64,000 nucleotides of DNA from an uncultured Acidobacteriaceae bacterium (GCA_963814335.1 CAWFCO010000005.1:848492-912491); one strand, 5' to 3'; numbered from the stretch's first letter, positions 21,246-31,363 are shown. Numbers and translations: made by a program. Notes: generated by a model from the sequence alone, not told the origin.

Positions 21246-22199
21246 TTGCGTCGTTGTGATGGCGACTTAAATGCGATAGAAGGAAGGACCGATTTGGCAG
21301 AGCAGGAACCACAGGATGAATTGAATGAACAGGGTGTTCCACGCCCCTTGGTCCCTGTGACCTCGAACTCCGCTCAGATCGACCCTGCGCATGCGCAGGA
21401 AGCGACGCCAATGGAAGCGACTGGTACTGCACAGAGGCGTGGCATTGCGCCGTGGTGGCATACGGCCGTGTTGATTTCCGGGATTCTGCTGCTGTCCCTC
21501 ACCGGATCCAAGAGGTTGGGAATGACCAACGGCCATGGGTCCCATCGCATGGTCATGTATGGCATGACCATCGCCATGCAGCTGGTGATGCTTGGCTGGG
21601 TGTGGTTGGGAATGAAGCTGGGCAAGGTGCCGTTCCTCACTCTCTATGGAGTGCGGCGCAGAGGTGCGAAAGCATGGTTCATCGACGTCGGGATCGCACT
21701 TTTGTTCTGGTGGGTATCTCTCTTTGTACTGGGGTCTCTCAACCTGGGTTGGTTGACGGTTGACGCGGCCGTGCATCATCGTCCGCTGCCGATGCACGCG
21801 GGAAAAATGTCGGAAGTCGATCCGGCGCAGCGCCATCAGGTGCGATTGATTTCGCAACTTGCGCCGGAAGGCGGAGCGGAATTTGCAATGTGGTTTGTGC
21901 TGTGTGCGGTGGTTGGCGTGGTGGAAGAGACTGTGTTTCGCGGGTATCTGCAAAGCCAGTTCACGGCCTGGGGTGGCGGAAAAGCCGCGTACGGCGTGGT
22001 GTTTTCAGCACTCATGTTTGGAGCCGCGCACGGATACGAGGGATATCGCAGCATGGTTTTGCTCGCCGTGTTCGGAGTTTTGTTTAGCGTGCTCGTGCTG
22101 TTACGACGCAGTTTGCGATCCTGCATCTATGCGCATGCATGGCACGATTTCGTAACTGGAATCACGCTTGCGTTGCTGCGTTCTCATCACGTGTTGTGA
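21246..22199 (+). CDS. CPBP (Abi/CAAX protease-like) intramembrane metalloprotease
   Basis: EETVFRGYL, FGAAH and HAWHD motifs; multiple TM segments. Start uncertain (alternatives 21321, 21411). Confidence 0.88.
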   Translation: MRRCDGDLNAIEGRTDLAEQEPQDELNEQGVPRPLVPVTSNSAQIDPAHAQEATPMEATGTAQRRGIAPWWHTAVLISGILLLSLTGSKRLGMTNGHGSHRMVMYGMTIAMQLVMLGWVWLGMKLGKVPFLTLYGVRRRGAKAWFIDVGIALLFWWVSLFVLGSLNLGWLTVDAAVHHRPLPMHAGKMSEVDPAQRHQVRLISQLAPEGGAEFAMWFVLCAVVGVVEETVFRGYLQSQFTAWGGGKAAYGVVFSALMFGAAHGYEGYRSMVLLAVFGVLFSVLVLLRRSLRSCIYAHAWHDFVTGITLALLRSHHVL

Positions 22200-22282
22200 G
22201 TCGAACTTCGAAGAGGAGTTCGTAATCGGAAATTAGCCGCGAAAGTTGTTGCCACTTTTTCCACTTTACGTGTGTTTTTTTC

Positions 22283-22311
22283 TTGACACTGAGCAAGCAT
22301 GAATCTATACA
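22283..22311 (+). promoter_or_regulatory. sigma70-type promoter of microprotein gene
   Basis: TTGACA-N17-TATACA. Confidence 0.6.
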
Positions 22312-22373
22312 TTCCTCAACTGCAGTAAATATTGCAGTTTCGATGCAACCCATCGAAAAGGGAGAATAGGCAA

Positions 22374-22448
22374 ATGGCAACCAAGAAGAAAGCAGCCAAG
22401 AAGGCACCCGCGAAGAAGGCCGCAAAGAAAACTGCGAAGAAGAAGTAA
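22374..22448 (+). CDS. 24-aa Lys/Ala-rich histone-H1-like microprotein MATKKKAAKKAPAKKAAKKTAKKK
   Basis: AAGGGAG RBS, ATG, TAA; own promoter and terminator; 12 Lys and 8 Ala. Below the ORF-track cutoff. Confidence 0.8.
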   Translation: MATKKKAAKKAPAKKAAKKTAKKK

Positions 22449-22468
22449 CGGGTAACCATCAACAAGGC

Positions 22469-22516
22469 AACACCGAAGGGGGATGCGAAAGCATCCCCCT
22501 TAGTGTTTTTGTTTTC
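22469..22516 (+). terminator. Intrinsic terminator after microprotein gene
   Basis: AAGGGGGATGC-GAAA-GCATCCCCCTT followed by GTGTTTTTGTTTT. Confidence 0.9.
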
Positions 22517-22553
22517 GATAGACTGTAGTGAATAGGCGCATGAATAAAGGCGA

Positions 22554-23297
22554 ATGACGAGACGACGCTGGATTGCAGACAGTTGGGATGAACACACGGC
22601 GACGCTGACAGGAGCGCAGGCTGAGCACCTGGGGCGCGTGCTGCGTGCCGAGCGGGGAATGAAATCAGATGTGGTGGCGGGTGGTCGTGTCTTCCATGCA
22701 GAAGTGGACGAGGTACTACAGAACGGAGATGGAGGAATGGAGGTGCGCTTTGCCCTGCTTGAGCAAGTGGAGGCGAAGAGCGCTTTGCCCGTTACGCTGG
22801 TAATGGCGGTTTACAAGTTCGACCGGATGGAGTGGGCGATCGAAAAAGCGACGGAGCTGGGTGTTGCGGCGATTGCACCTGTGATTGCGCGGAGAAGTGA
22901 AAAGCACCTGGCACAGGCAGCGATGAAACGCGTGGATCGGTGGAGGCGTATTGCGCGCGAGGCGGCACAGCAGTCGCGTCGCAGCGATATTCCTGAAATA
23001 TTGGATCCCGTTGCTTTGAAGATCCGGGTGAAGCGCGAGAGCGATGCGGTCCGCATTGTGCTGGCGGAGCAGGAACGCGTAACCATGCTGCATGAGGTGG
23101 TGGAAGACGCCCTGCGAAGAGAAGGAAGCGCAATATCTATCGAGGTCGCGGTTGGTCCTGAAGGTGGTTGGGCCCCCGAGGAAGCGGAAGAGTTTGAAGC
23201 GAACGGATGGAAGGCCGTATCGCTTGGCTCGCGGATTCTGCGCGCGGAGACGGCGGCGATTGCTGCACTGGCAGTGACGGCATCGCTAATCGATTAG
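22554..23297 (+). CDS. rsmE: 16S rRNA m3U1498 methyltransferase RsmE
   Basis: HLGRVLR, EKATELGV, EAAQQSRR, VGPEGGW, LGSRILRAETAA. Confidence 0.96.
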   Translation: MTRRRWIADSWDEHTATLTGAQAEHLGRVLRAERGMKSDVVAGGRVFHAEVDEVLQNGDGGMEVRFALLEQVEAKSALPVTLVMAVYKFDRMEWAIEKATELGVAAIAPVIARRSEKHLAQAAMKRVDRWRRIAREAAQQSRRSDIPEILDPVALKIRVKRESDAVRIVLAEQERVTMLHEVVEDALRREGSAISIEVAVGPEGGWAPEEAEEFEANGWKAVSLGSRILRAETAAIAALAVTASLID

Positions 23298-23309
23298 CCG
23301 CAGAGCAAT

Positions 23310-24944
23310 CTAGAGAGAAACGCCGCGCTTCCAGGGAATGAAGTCGTATTGGCCCAATTTCTCAGCCTTGGTGAGCTTCTCCCCATTGGCCACCTGAATA
23401 CACATCTGCATCAGCTCTTCGGCGCACTCGGGGATGGTCTTTTGACCGGTGACAATGCCACCGGCGTCGAAGTCGATGATGTCTCCCATGCGCTCGGCAA
23501 GTGCGGAGTTGGTGGAGACTTTGATCACGGGCGCGACCGGATTGCCAGTCGGTGTGCCAAGTCCAGTGGTGAAAAGGACAAGATTGGCGCCCGAGCCAGC
23601 CTGTGCAGTCACGCACTCAACGTCGCTGCCCGGAGTGCAGAGTAGGGTCAGGCCCTTTGATCGGGTGTAGTTGGGATAGTCGATCACGTCGCGCACGGGC
23701 GCAACGCCGCCCTTTCTCGCCGCACCGGCGGATTTGATGGCGTCGGTGATAAGGCCGTCCTGTATGTTGCCGGGCGAGGGATTCATCTCAAAGCTGGAGT
23801 GCGCAGCCTTGGCGCGTGCTGAATAGACCTGCATGAGATTAAAGAAGCGATAAGCGACCTGATCGGTGGCGCAGCGATTGATGATCTCCTGCTCGACGCC
23901 GTGGAGCTCTGGAAATTCACTGAGGATGGTCTTGCCGCCGAGTTCGCCGAGTATGTCGGAGAGATAGCCAAGCGTCGGGTTGGCAGAGATTCCGCTGAAG
24001 CCGTCTGATCCGCCGCACTTCAGCCCAATGGTGAGCGCGGAAATGGGTGCGGGTTTGCGAATGACGTTGTTTGCGCTGGAAAGGGCGCCAAAGGTTTCGT
24101 CGATGGCGCGTGTCAAGAGGGCGGACTCGAGGCCGGACTTCTGCTGATCGAAGACGAGTACAGGTTTGGTCATCTTCGGGTCGCGCGCGCGGAGTTCTTC
24201 CATGAGGATGTCTGCCTGTGAGTGCTGGCAGCCGAGGCTGAGCACCGTGGCGCCCGCGACGTTGGGGTGATGGATGTAGCCGGCAAGAAGTCCGCAAAGG
24301 GCCTGTGCGTCCTGGCGCGTGCCTCCGCAGCCGCCCTGGTGAGTGAGAAAGCGGACTCCATCGATGTTCGGGAAGACGCGATCAGCTCGTGATTCGGTAA
24401 TGGCGGATTCCGTTCCTCCATTGGCACCGGATTTGCCGCGAACGAGATTGCGCACATGCTGCCGATAACCGGAGTGTGAACTGCCGTAGCCAAGCTCCTC
24501 CTCAAGCGCTTCCTTCATGCGCTCGATGTTGCGGTTCTCGCAAAATACGAGCGGGAGCACGAGCCAGTAGTTGCGCGTGCCGACCTGACCGTCGGCACGG
24601 TGGAATCCGTTGAAGGTGAGGTTGGCCCATGGCTTGGGATCGGGAAGCGGATGTTGCGACGGGCGACGCGTGGAGGAATAATCCGATGCGCGGTGGCGTA
24701 CGTTGCTTGTCGAGAGGAGTCCGCCGCGAGGGATGAAGGCGGTGGCTTCGCCGACCACCATTCCATACATGATGACGAGGCTGCCAGGTTGGAGATCGAC
24801 CAGGGCCAGCTTGTGCTTGGCAGGAATATTGTCGACCACCGGACAAGAGGCCGGGCCATACTGCACGGTGGATCCGTCTGTGAGAGGAACAAGGGCGACG
24901 AGCACATTATCGCGGGCGTCAAGATGAAGGACTTTTTCCGGCAT
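23310..24944 (-). CDS. uxaA: UxaA family hydrolase (altronate dehydratase-like) with SAF domain
   Basis: DNVLVAL SAF start at ATG 24944; VGTRNYWLV, HQGGCG, LSLGCQ, GLKCGGSDGFSGISANP, NPSPGNIQDGL, FTTGLGTP. Confidence 0.88.
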   Translation of the reverse strand: MPEKVLHLDARDNVLVALVPLTDGSTVQYGPASCPVVDNIPAKHKLALVDLQPGSLVIMYGMVVGEATAFIPRGGLLSTSNVRHRASDYSSTRRPSQHPLPDPKPWANLTFNGFHRADGQVGTRNYWLVLPLVFCENRNIERMKEALEEELGYGSSHSGYRQHVRNLVRGKSGANGGTESAITESRADRVFPNIDGVRFLTHQGGCGGTRQDAQALCGLLAGYIHHPNVAGATVLSLGCQHSQADILMEELRARDPKMTKPVLVFDQQKSGLESALLTRAIDETFGALSSANNVIRKPAPISALTIGLKCGGSDGFSGISANPTLGYLSDILGELGGKTILSEFPELHGVEQEIINRCATDQVAYRFFNLMQVYSARAKAAHSSFEMNPSPGNIQDGLITDAIKSAGAARKGGVAPVRDVIDYPNYTRSKGLTLLCTPGSDVECVTAQAGSGANLVLFTTGLGTPTGNPVAPVIKVSTNSALAERMGDIIDFDAGGIVTGQKTIPECAEELMQMCIQVANGEKLTKAEKLGQYDFIPWKRGVSL

Positions 24945-25079
24945 GGGCCATCCTCGTACGGGCGCGGGTGAGCAGATTACGCCAAAGGCAAGCATACAAC
25001 CAGACCGCGGAATACATATTGGCGTCGAGGCCACTATCATCGATTGTTCGAGCTGGAATAGCGGAGGGAGAGACGCAAA

Positions 25080-26099
25080 GTGAAAGCAATTGTGCTGGAA
25101 GGACCAGGCAAGGCGGTTGTGCGCGACGTGGAAGAGCCCGTGGCAACGAGTGACGACGATGTGTTGCTGGCCGTGCGATACGTGGGTTTGTGCGGAAGCG
25201 ACCTGAATTCGTATCGGGGGCGGAATCCGCTGGTGAGTTTTCCGAGGATACTGGGGCACGAGGTTTCGGCGGTTGTGGCGGAGACGAATCCGAAGCATCC
25301 GGAATGGCCCGCTGGAACGAAGGTCACGCTTTCACCTTATAACCACTGCGGCGTGTGCGCTTCCTGCCGGCGAAAGCGGTACAACGCGTGCAAGGACAAC
25401 CTGACGATGGGCGTAATGCGCGACGGAGCGATGTGCGAACGTGTGTACGTTCCGGCTTCGCGGTTATTCCACGCGAACCTGTCTCTCAAAGAGTTGTGCC
25501 TGGTAGAGCCGCTGACCGTGGGATTTCATTCTGCCGCGCGAGGGAGCGTTGTGCCGGGAGAGACGGTGGCTGTGATCGGATGCGGAGGCGTGGGGCTGGG
25601 TGCGGTGGCCGGCGCGGCGTATCGGGGCGCGCGCGTGATTGCGATTGATGTGGACGACAGAAAGCTGGCAACAGCGAAGAAGGCCGGAGCCGTGGAAACC
25701 ATTCACTCCGGGCGGGAAGACGTGCACGGAAAGCTTGCAGCGCTGACGGATGGCCTGGGGCCGGATGTAGTCATCGAAGCGATTGGATTGCCCGATACCT
25801 ATCGCATGGCAGTGGAAGAAGTCGCATTCACCGGGCGGGTAATTTACATCGGTTATGCCAAGGAGCCGGTGAGCTACGAGACGAAGTTCTTTGTGCAGAA
25901 GGAACTCGATATTCGCGGATCGCGCAATGCTCTGCCGGAGGATTTTCGCGAGGTGATTCGAATGCTGGAGGCGGGGAGGTTTCCGGTAGATGATGCGGTG
26001 ACCCATATTGTGCCTATGGAGCAGGCGCCGTCGATTCTGGACGAGTGGAGCCGAGAGCCGGCGAAGTTTTCGAAGATTATGGTGGATGTGCTCCGCTAA
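25080..26099 (+). CDS. Zn-dependent (MDR) sugar-acid dehydrogenase, L-galactonate-5-dehydrogenase-like
   Basis: GLCGSD, GHE, CGVCASC...C structural zinc site, GCGGVG Rossmann motif, ELDIRGSRNA. Confidence 0.85.
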   Translation: MKAIVLEGPGKAVVRDVEEPVATSDDDVLLAVRYVGLCGSDLNSYRGRNPLVSFPRILGHEVSAVVAETNPKHPEWPAGTKVTLSPYNHCGVCASCRRKRYNACKDNLTMGVMRDGAMCERVYVPASRLFHANLSLKELCLVEPLTVGFHSAARGSVVPGETVAVIGCGGVGLGAVAGAAYRGARVIAIDVDDRKLATAKKAGAVETIHSGREDVHGKLAALTDGLGPDVVIEAIGLPDTYRMAVEEVAFTGRVIYIGYAKEPVSYETKFFVQKELDIRGSRNALPEDFREVIRMLEAGRFPVDDAVTHIVPMEQAPSILDEWSREPAKFSKIMVDVLR

Positions 26100-26273
26100 A
26101 GTGACAAATTGCACGACGCTGGTTTGTCGCGATATGTCAATACGGAAAAGATTGCAAATAGGACTCAGCGGATGGTATACGGTTGCGACGGTTTGCAAGC
26201 TCATTTGTGCGTGCTGTGCGCGGTGAGCAGTGCGGGCGTAAACGGCAACGAGGAATTGTACGGAGGAAAGACA

Positions 26274-27803
26274 ATGGAATTGAGACCTGGCCTGGTAAGT
26301 AAGAGAGCGCGCGCGGCGACGGCGGTTTGTGCAGCTTTGGCATGCATGGCGATAGTCACACCTGCGTTAAATGCGCAGGACGATGCAGGACCAAAACTGA
26401 CGATCGACTGGGGTAAGGCGACGGTTGTATCCAAGTCGACACCGACGCTGCAGGTTGTGGTGAATCCGCCGCTGCGCCCCGGTAGCCCGCTGAGCGAGGC
26501 GTCCTATAAGGCCTTGAAAGAGCTTGGCGCCGACGATGTGCGCTATGTGCCGTGGCTGCCCTATCCCAAGTTGGCCGTTGCCGAACTGGAACCGCCGACT
26601 GCGGACAAGACGAGCTGGGACTTTTCGCTGATTGATCCAATGACGAAGGACTTTCTGGCTGCGACGGCGGGGCACCCGACAGTGATGAACTTCAGCACGA
26701 TTCCCGCGTGGATTTTCAAAACGGACAAGCCTGTTACGTATCCCGATGACCCGAATCAGGTGGATTGGCACTACACGCAGGGAACTGAGTTGCGAGACCC
26801 CAGCGGTAAGGAGCTCGGCAACTACTATGCCCGGCTGGTGAGCTGGTACACGAAGGGTGGATTCACCGATGAGCTGGGCAAGCGGCACGAGTCGGGCTAT
26901 CACTACTCGTTTCCTATCTGGGAAGTGCTCAACGAAGTGGACTTTGAGCACAACATGACGCCGAAGCAATACACGGACCGCTACGACGCGATTGTGAGCG
27001 CGATTCACAAGGTTTCACCCGAGACGAAATTTATGGGCCTGGCGCTGGCGATACCGGGTAACAACCCTCAGATATTCGAATACTTCCTGAATCACAAGAA
27101 TCACAAAGCCGGCATTCCGTTGGATTACATTTCGTATCACTTCTATGCGTCGCCCGTTGCCGGTCAGGACATTAACAGCTGGCAGTACACATTCTTCGAT
27201 CAGGCCGCGGGATTTCTGAACACTGTGCATTACATCGAGGAAATTCGCAAACGGCTCTCGCCGGAGACGAAGACGGACACGGATGAACTGGGCGTGATTC
27301 TGCCGACCGACAACAAGCCGGGCGACGATGTGCCTCCGCCAAAGAAGTACTGGAACCTGGCCGGCGCACTGTATGCGCACTTGTTCATTGAACTCTCCAG
27401 GCTGCAGATTGACGTGATTGGCGAGTCGCAGCTGGTGGGTGCGCCAACGCAATTTCCGAGCGTGAGCATGATGAACTGGCAGAACAACAAGCCGAATGCA
27501 CGCTTCTGGGTGCTGAAACTTATTCATGACAACTTCCACCCTGGCGACAAGCTTGTGGAGACAAATCTTGACGGAACCGGATCAGGGGATTTGTCCGCGC
27601 AGGCGTTTGATACACCGCAGGGGCACAGGCTTCTGCTGGTGAACAAGCGGAACCGCGAGATCGATGTTGCGCTGCCGACAGGTGGCCAGATGACGGCGCT
27701 CACTGTGGACGAGTCGACCGGCGACGGGCCGGCGCAGAGCGAGACGGTCGCCAATGGAACTGTGAAGCTGGCGCCGTTTGCCGTAAGCGTTGTGAGCTGG
27801 TGA
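26274..27803 (+). CDS. Exported glycoside hydrolase, GH39-like (clan GH-A)
   Basis: Signal peptide; WEVLNE acid/base, DYISYHFY, TDELG nucleophile region; GGAGG RBS before ATG 26274. Confidence 0.75.
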   Translation: MELRPGLVSKRARAATAVCAALACMAIVTPALNAQDDAGPKLTIDWGKATVVSKSTPTLQVVVNPPLRPGSPLSEASYKALKELGADDVRYVPWLPYPKLAVAELEPPTADKTSWDFSLIDPMTKDFLAATAGHPTVMNFSTIPAWIFKTDKPVTYPDDPNQVDWHYTQGTELRDPSGKELGNYYARLVSWYTKGGFTDELGKRHESGYHYSFPIWEVLNEVDFEHNMTPKQYTDRYDAIVSAIHKVSPETKFMGLALAIPGNNPQIFEYFLNHKNHKAGIPLDYISYHFYASPVAGQDINSWQYTFFDQAAGFLNTVHYIEEIRKRLSPETKTDTDELGVILPTDNKPGDDVPPPKKYWNLAGALYAHLFIELSRLQIDVIGESQLVGAPTQFPSVSMMNWQNNKPNARFWVLKLIHDNFHPGDKLVETNLDGTGSGDLSAQAFDTPQGHRLLLVNKRNREIDVALPTGGQMTALTVDESTGDGPAQSETVANGTVKLAPFAVSVVSW

Positions 27804-27808
27804 GCACG

Positions 27809-28135
27809 ATGGCGGAACTGAAACGATATGCCTTTCAACTGAAAATCAAGCCGGGCACCGAAGCGGCCTATGAAGAGTCGCACAAAGCCGTATGGCCGGA
27901 GATGCTGGCGCTCTTAAAGCGCGCCGGCATCTCGGAGTACTCCATCTACCGGCGAGATCAACTGCTGGTGCTGGCACTCCGCTGCGAGGACTTTGAAGCA
28001 AGCTGGCGGATCATTGAGGCCGATCCCGTGAATACCCGTTGGCAGCAGGCGATGGCGCCGTATTTCGATACGCTGGAGGGCTTGCGAACAGGTGAGCGCT
28101 TCCCGATGATGGAAGAGGTCTTCTACCTGAAGTAG
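27809..28135 (+). CDS. L-rhamnose mutarotase (RhaM/DUF718) family protein
   Basis: YEESHKAVWPEM, GISEYSIY, WQQAM, EEVFYL. Confidence 0.88.
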   Translation: MAELKRYAFQLKIKPGTEAAYEESHKAVWPEMLALLKRAGISEYSIYRRDQLLVLALRCEDFEASWRIIEADPVNTRWQQAMAPYFDTLEGLRTGERFPMMEEVFYLK

Positions 28136-28175
28136 ACCGGCGCACGGCGGGCGGTGACGACAATGAGGAGAACGC

Positions 28176-29606
28176 ATGAGCAGCAATGAATCCCTGCGCG
28201 TGGGCCTGTGCGGTATTGGTCTTGAAGCGTACTGGAGTCAGTTTGCGGGCCTTGAGGCGCGGCTGAAGGGCTATGTGTCGAAGATGGCGGCGCGGTTGAA
28301 GCGCCCCGGTGTAGAGATCGTGGATCTGGGCCTGATCGACACACCGCAGCGCTCGCAGGCGGCGGGACGCGAAGCACGACGAGCGGACATTGATGTTCTG
28401 TTTCTCTACGTGACTACGTATGCGCTGTCGAACACAGTGCTGCCGCTGGTGCAGCGCGCGGGCGTGCCGGTGGTGGTGTTGAATCTGCAGCCGGAAGCGG
28501 CGATTGACTATGAAGCGTTCAACAAGTTGACAGACCGTACTGCGATGACGGGTGAATGGCTGGCGTATTGCTCGGCATGCCCGGTGCCGGAGATTGCGAA
28601 TGTGCTGCAGCGGGCGCGGATTCCATTTCACCAGGTGACGGGCGTTCTGGATGAGGCAGCGACGTGGAGCGAAATTGAACAGTGGCTGACGGCGGCACGG
28701 GTGCGGGCGGCGCTGGGCTCAGCACGGCTTGGTCTGATGGGGCACTATTACTCCGGCATGCTCGACATCATGACCGATGTGACGCTGGTGTCGATTGCCT
28801 TCGGCACGCACGTGGAGATCATCGAGGTCGATGAACTGACGGCACTGGTGGCTTCGGCAAAGGATGCGGATGTTGCGGCGCGCGTGAAAGAGTTCGCGAG
28901 CGCGTTCGACGTGCAGGCGGATTGTCCGCAGGAAGAGTTGGAGCGCGCAGCGCGCACTTCGGTAGCGCTGGACCGATTCGTTGCGCAGTACGAGCTGGAT
29001 GCGATGGCTTACTACTACAAGGGCTCCGGGGTGGCGGCCAACGAGGACACGATGAGCTCGATTATTTTGGGCACATCGCTGTTGACAGCGCGCCATATTC
29101 CTGTCGCAGGCGAGTACGAAGTGAAAAATGTGGTGGCGATGAAGATCATGGACCTGCTGGGTGCGGGTGGATCGTTTACCGAGTACTACGCGATGGATTT
29201 CAAGGACGATCTTGTGCTGATGGGCCACGACGGACCGGGGCACATTGCAATTGCAGAAGGCAAAACCAAAGTGCGGCCGCTGAAGGTGTATCACGGCAAG
29301 GTGGGGCGTGGACTTTCCGTGGAGATGAGCGTGAAGCATGGTCCCGTGACACTGCTTTCCGTGGTCGAAGACGCGGAGAAGCGGTTCAAGCTGCTGGTTG
29401 CCGAAGGAGAGTGCGTCGCGGGTCCAATTCTGGAGATTGGCAACACGAACAGCCGGTACAAATTTCCCCTGGGCGCGCGCGGATTTGTGAACGCATGGAA
29501 TGCGGAAGGGCCGGCGCACCACTGCGCAGTGGGCGTGGGCCATGTGGCCGCAACGCTGGAGAAGGTGGCCGCTCTGAGCGGGCTTGGATTCAAGCGGGTG
29601 TGCTGA
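28176..29606 (+). CDS. L-fucose/L-arabinose isomerase family protein
   Basis: VAGEYEVKN, GSFTE, MGHDGP, GPAHHCAVGVGH. Confidence 0.85.
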   Translation: MSSNESLRVGLCGIGLEAYWSQFAGLEARLKGYVSKMAARLKRPGVEIVDLGLIDTPQRSQAAGREARRADIDVLFLYVTTYALSNTVLPLVQRAGVPVVVLNLQPEAAIDYEAFNKLTDRTAMTGEWLAYCSACPVPEIANVLQRARIPFHQVTGVLDEAATWSEIEQWLTAARVRAALGSARLGLMGHYYSGMLDIMTDVTLVSIAFGTHVEIIEVDELTALVASAKDADVAARVKEFASAFDVQADCPQEELERAARTSVALDRFVAQYELDAMAYYYKGSGVAANEDTMSSIILGTSLLTARHIPVAGEYEVKNVVAMKIMDLLGAGGSFTEYYAMDFKDDLVLMGHDGPGHIAIAEGKTKVRPLKVYHGKVGRGLSVEMSVKHGPVTLLSVVEDAEKRFKLLVAEGECVAGPILEIGNTNSRYKFPLGARGFVNAWNAEGPAHHCAVGVGHVAATLEKVAALSGLGFKRVC

Positions 29607-30309
29607 AGGCGCCCGCCTCTCTCGCCGATGGCTTTGCCCACAGGTGTGCGCGACTGCATCCATTGTCCTGAGAAACAGCTCAAAACTACTTTCGAACGTG
29701 CTCAAAGCTGCCAAAAACAGCGAATAACTACCGAAAAGTAGCTGATTTTCGACCACTTTTTCTCCGGCTGATCCGGCGCTGAATTTATAAGATCCAGATT
29801 CTTCATGCTTTGCTTAGGATGCCTACGCCCATCTCATGCTGATTTGCAGGGAGGGGGTGGGGGTACACGCCGTTTGTTCCCTTCACTTGTACTTGCGGTG
29901 ACGCGCACACTCTTCGAGTGTGCACCGTTGAAGCGAAATTATGTGCAACAAGGGAGCGCTACCTTGCGGCGTTGCGTCGGCTGGGCGCTGGGGAGTGAGG
30001 AGGTAATAAATGAATGGAGGAATAGAGAGTTTTGGTCAAGTGATTGGGAATGATAATAGGACTTGAGAGGAGGAGTCCTTCGAGGGCGCAATGCGCGGGA
30101 TATCAACGTGCGCCTTGGTTTGTTGCCAAAAGCCGAATTCGGCTTCATCACGGTCCTCTACGCAGGCTGGCCGCTGTGTTTTCCGGTTTCATCCAATCAC
30201 GTTCCCAGAGGTTCAGGTTTTATATGAAGAATGCGATTTTGCATTGAATGCGAAACCGGTCCAATCGGACCGTCTAATCTAAATAGTGGAGTGTTCTCAG
30301 GAGATAGAT

Positions 30310-31290
30310 ATGCAAGAGAAAGCGCTCACCGAAAAAATCATCCGTGAGAATCCACCAGATACGAGTCAAAACAACAAACCGGCATCCCAGACTGGATTCC
30401 AAATGGGCCGTGCTCATTCTGAGTCCGGTGTGGTCTGGATCACGGCTATTTTCATGGCCATCTTTCATCTTGGCGCCATCGCTGCGCTGTTTTTCTTCAG
30501 CTGGACAAACCTGATTGTCGCCGCAGTCCTTTATGTCCTCGCCGTCAACTGCGGCATCGGCATGGGGTATCATCGGCTCCTTGTACACCGCGGGTATGAC
30601 GTGCCCAAAGCCGTGGAATATTTCCTGACCGTCTGCGGCACCCTAGCCCTGGAAGGCGGTCCGATCGCCTGGGTCGCTACGCATCGCATCCATCATCAAC
30701 ACAGCGATCGGTCGGGAGACCCGCACACTCCGCAGGAAGGTACCTGGTGGGCGCACATGGGCTGGATCATCACCGGCCGCGCTCTTAATACAGAAACTGT
30801 CGCTCTGGCCCGCTATGCGCCGGATCTTGCCAGGGACCGAGTGCAGGTGTGGCTGAGCAAATACCATTGGGTGCCGTTGACGACACTGGGGATTGGATTG
30901 CTGCTGGTTGGAACTCTTACCGGGGGCTTCAAGGTGGGAGTGGGACTGTTCCTGTGGGGTATTTTCCTGCGCGTCACGCTCGGACTCCACGCCACGTGGC
31001 TGGTGAATTCCGCAACGCACATGCACGGTGGCCGACGCTTCGAAACCCGAGACGAATCTCGCAACAGCTGGTGGGTGGCTCTGTTAACGGGAGGGGAGGG
31101 TTGGCATAACAATCACCATGCGCATCCAGTATCGGCCCGGCATGGCCTTGCATGGTATGAGTTCGACCCAAATTATTACGGCATCTGGCTGCTGGAGAAA
31201 CTGAAACTAGCAAAGAACATTCGAATTGCGAAGTTTACGAGCAGGGATCCAGATACAACGGTGCGCAAGACGTATATGACTACCTCTTGA
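30310..31290 (+). CDS. Membrane fatty-acid (Delta-9 acyl-CoA/lipid type) desaturase
   Basis: His boxes HRLLVH, HRIHH, HNNHH; DPHTP; VNSATH. Confidence 0.93.
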   Translation: MQEKALTEKIIRENPPDTSQNNKPASQTGFQMGRAHSESGVVWITAIFMAIFHLGAIAALFFFSWTNLIVAAVLYVLAVNCGIGMGYHRLLVHRGYDVPKAVEYFLTVCGTLALEGGPIAWVATHRIHHQHSDRSGDPHTPQEGTWWAHMGWIITGRALNTETVALARYAPDLARDRVQVWLSKYHWVPLTTLGIGLLLVGTLTGGFKVGVGLFLWGIFLRVTLGLHATWLVNSATHMHGGRRFETRDESRNSWWVALLTGGEGWHNNHHAHPVSARHGLAWYEFDPNYYGIWLLEKLKLAKNIRIAKFTSRDPDTTVRKTYMTTS

Positions 31291-31363
31291 CGTGTCACTG
31301 CATGCCGGTACAAGGACTTCGGGGCGCCGGCCTGTGCAAGGCAGTGGAGCCGGTTCTCTTGGC

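Noticed and set aside
30091-30282. 63-aa Cys-containing ORF before the desaturase
   Set aside because: No metal-binding spacing or family features, poorly spaced RBS, overlaps the likely desaturase promoter.
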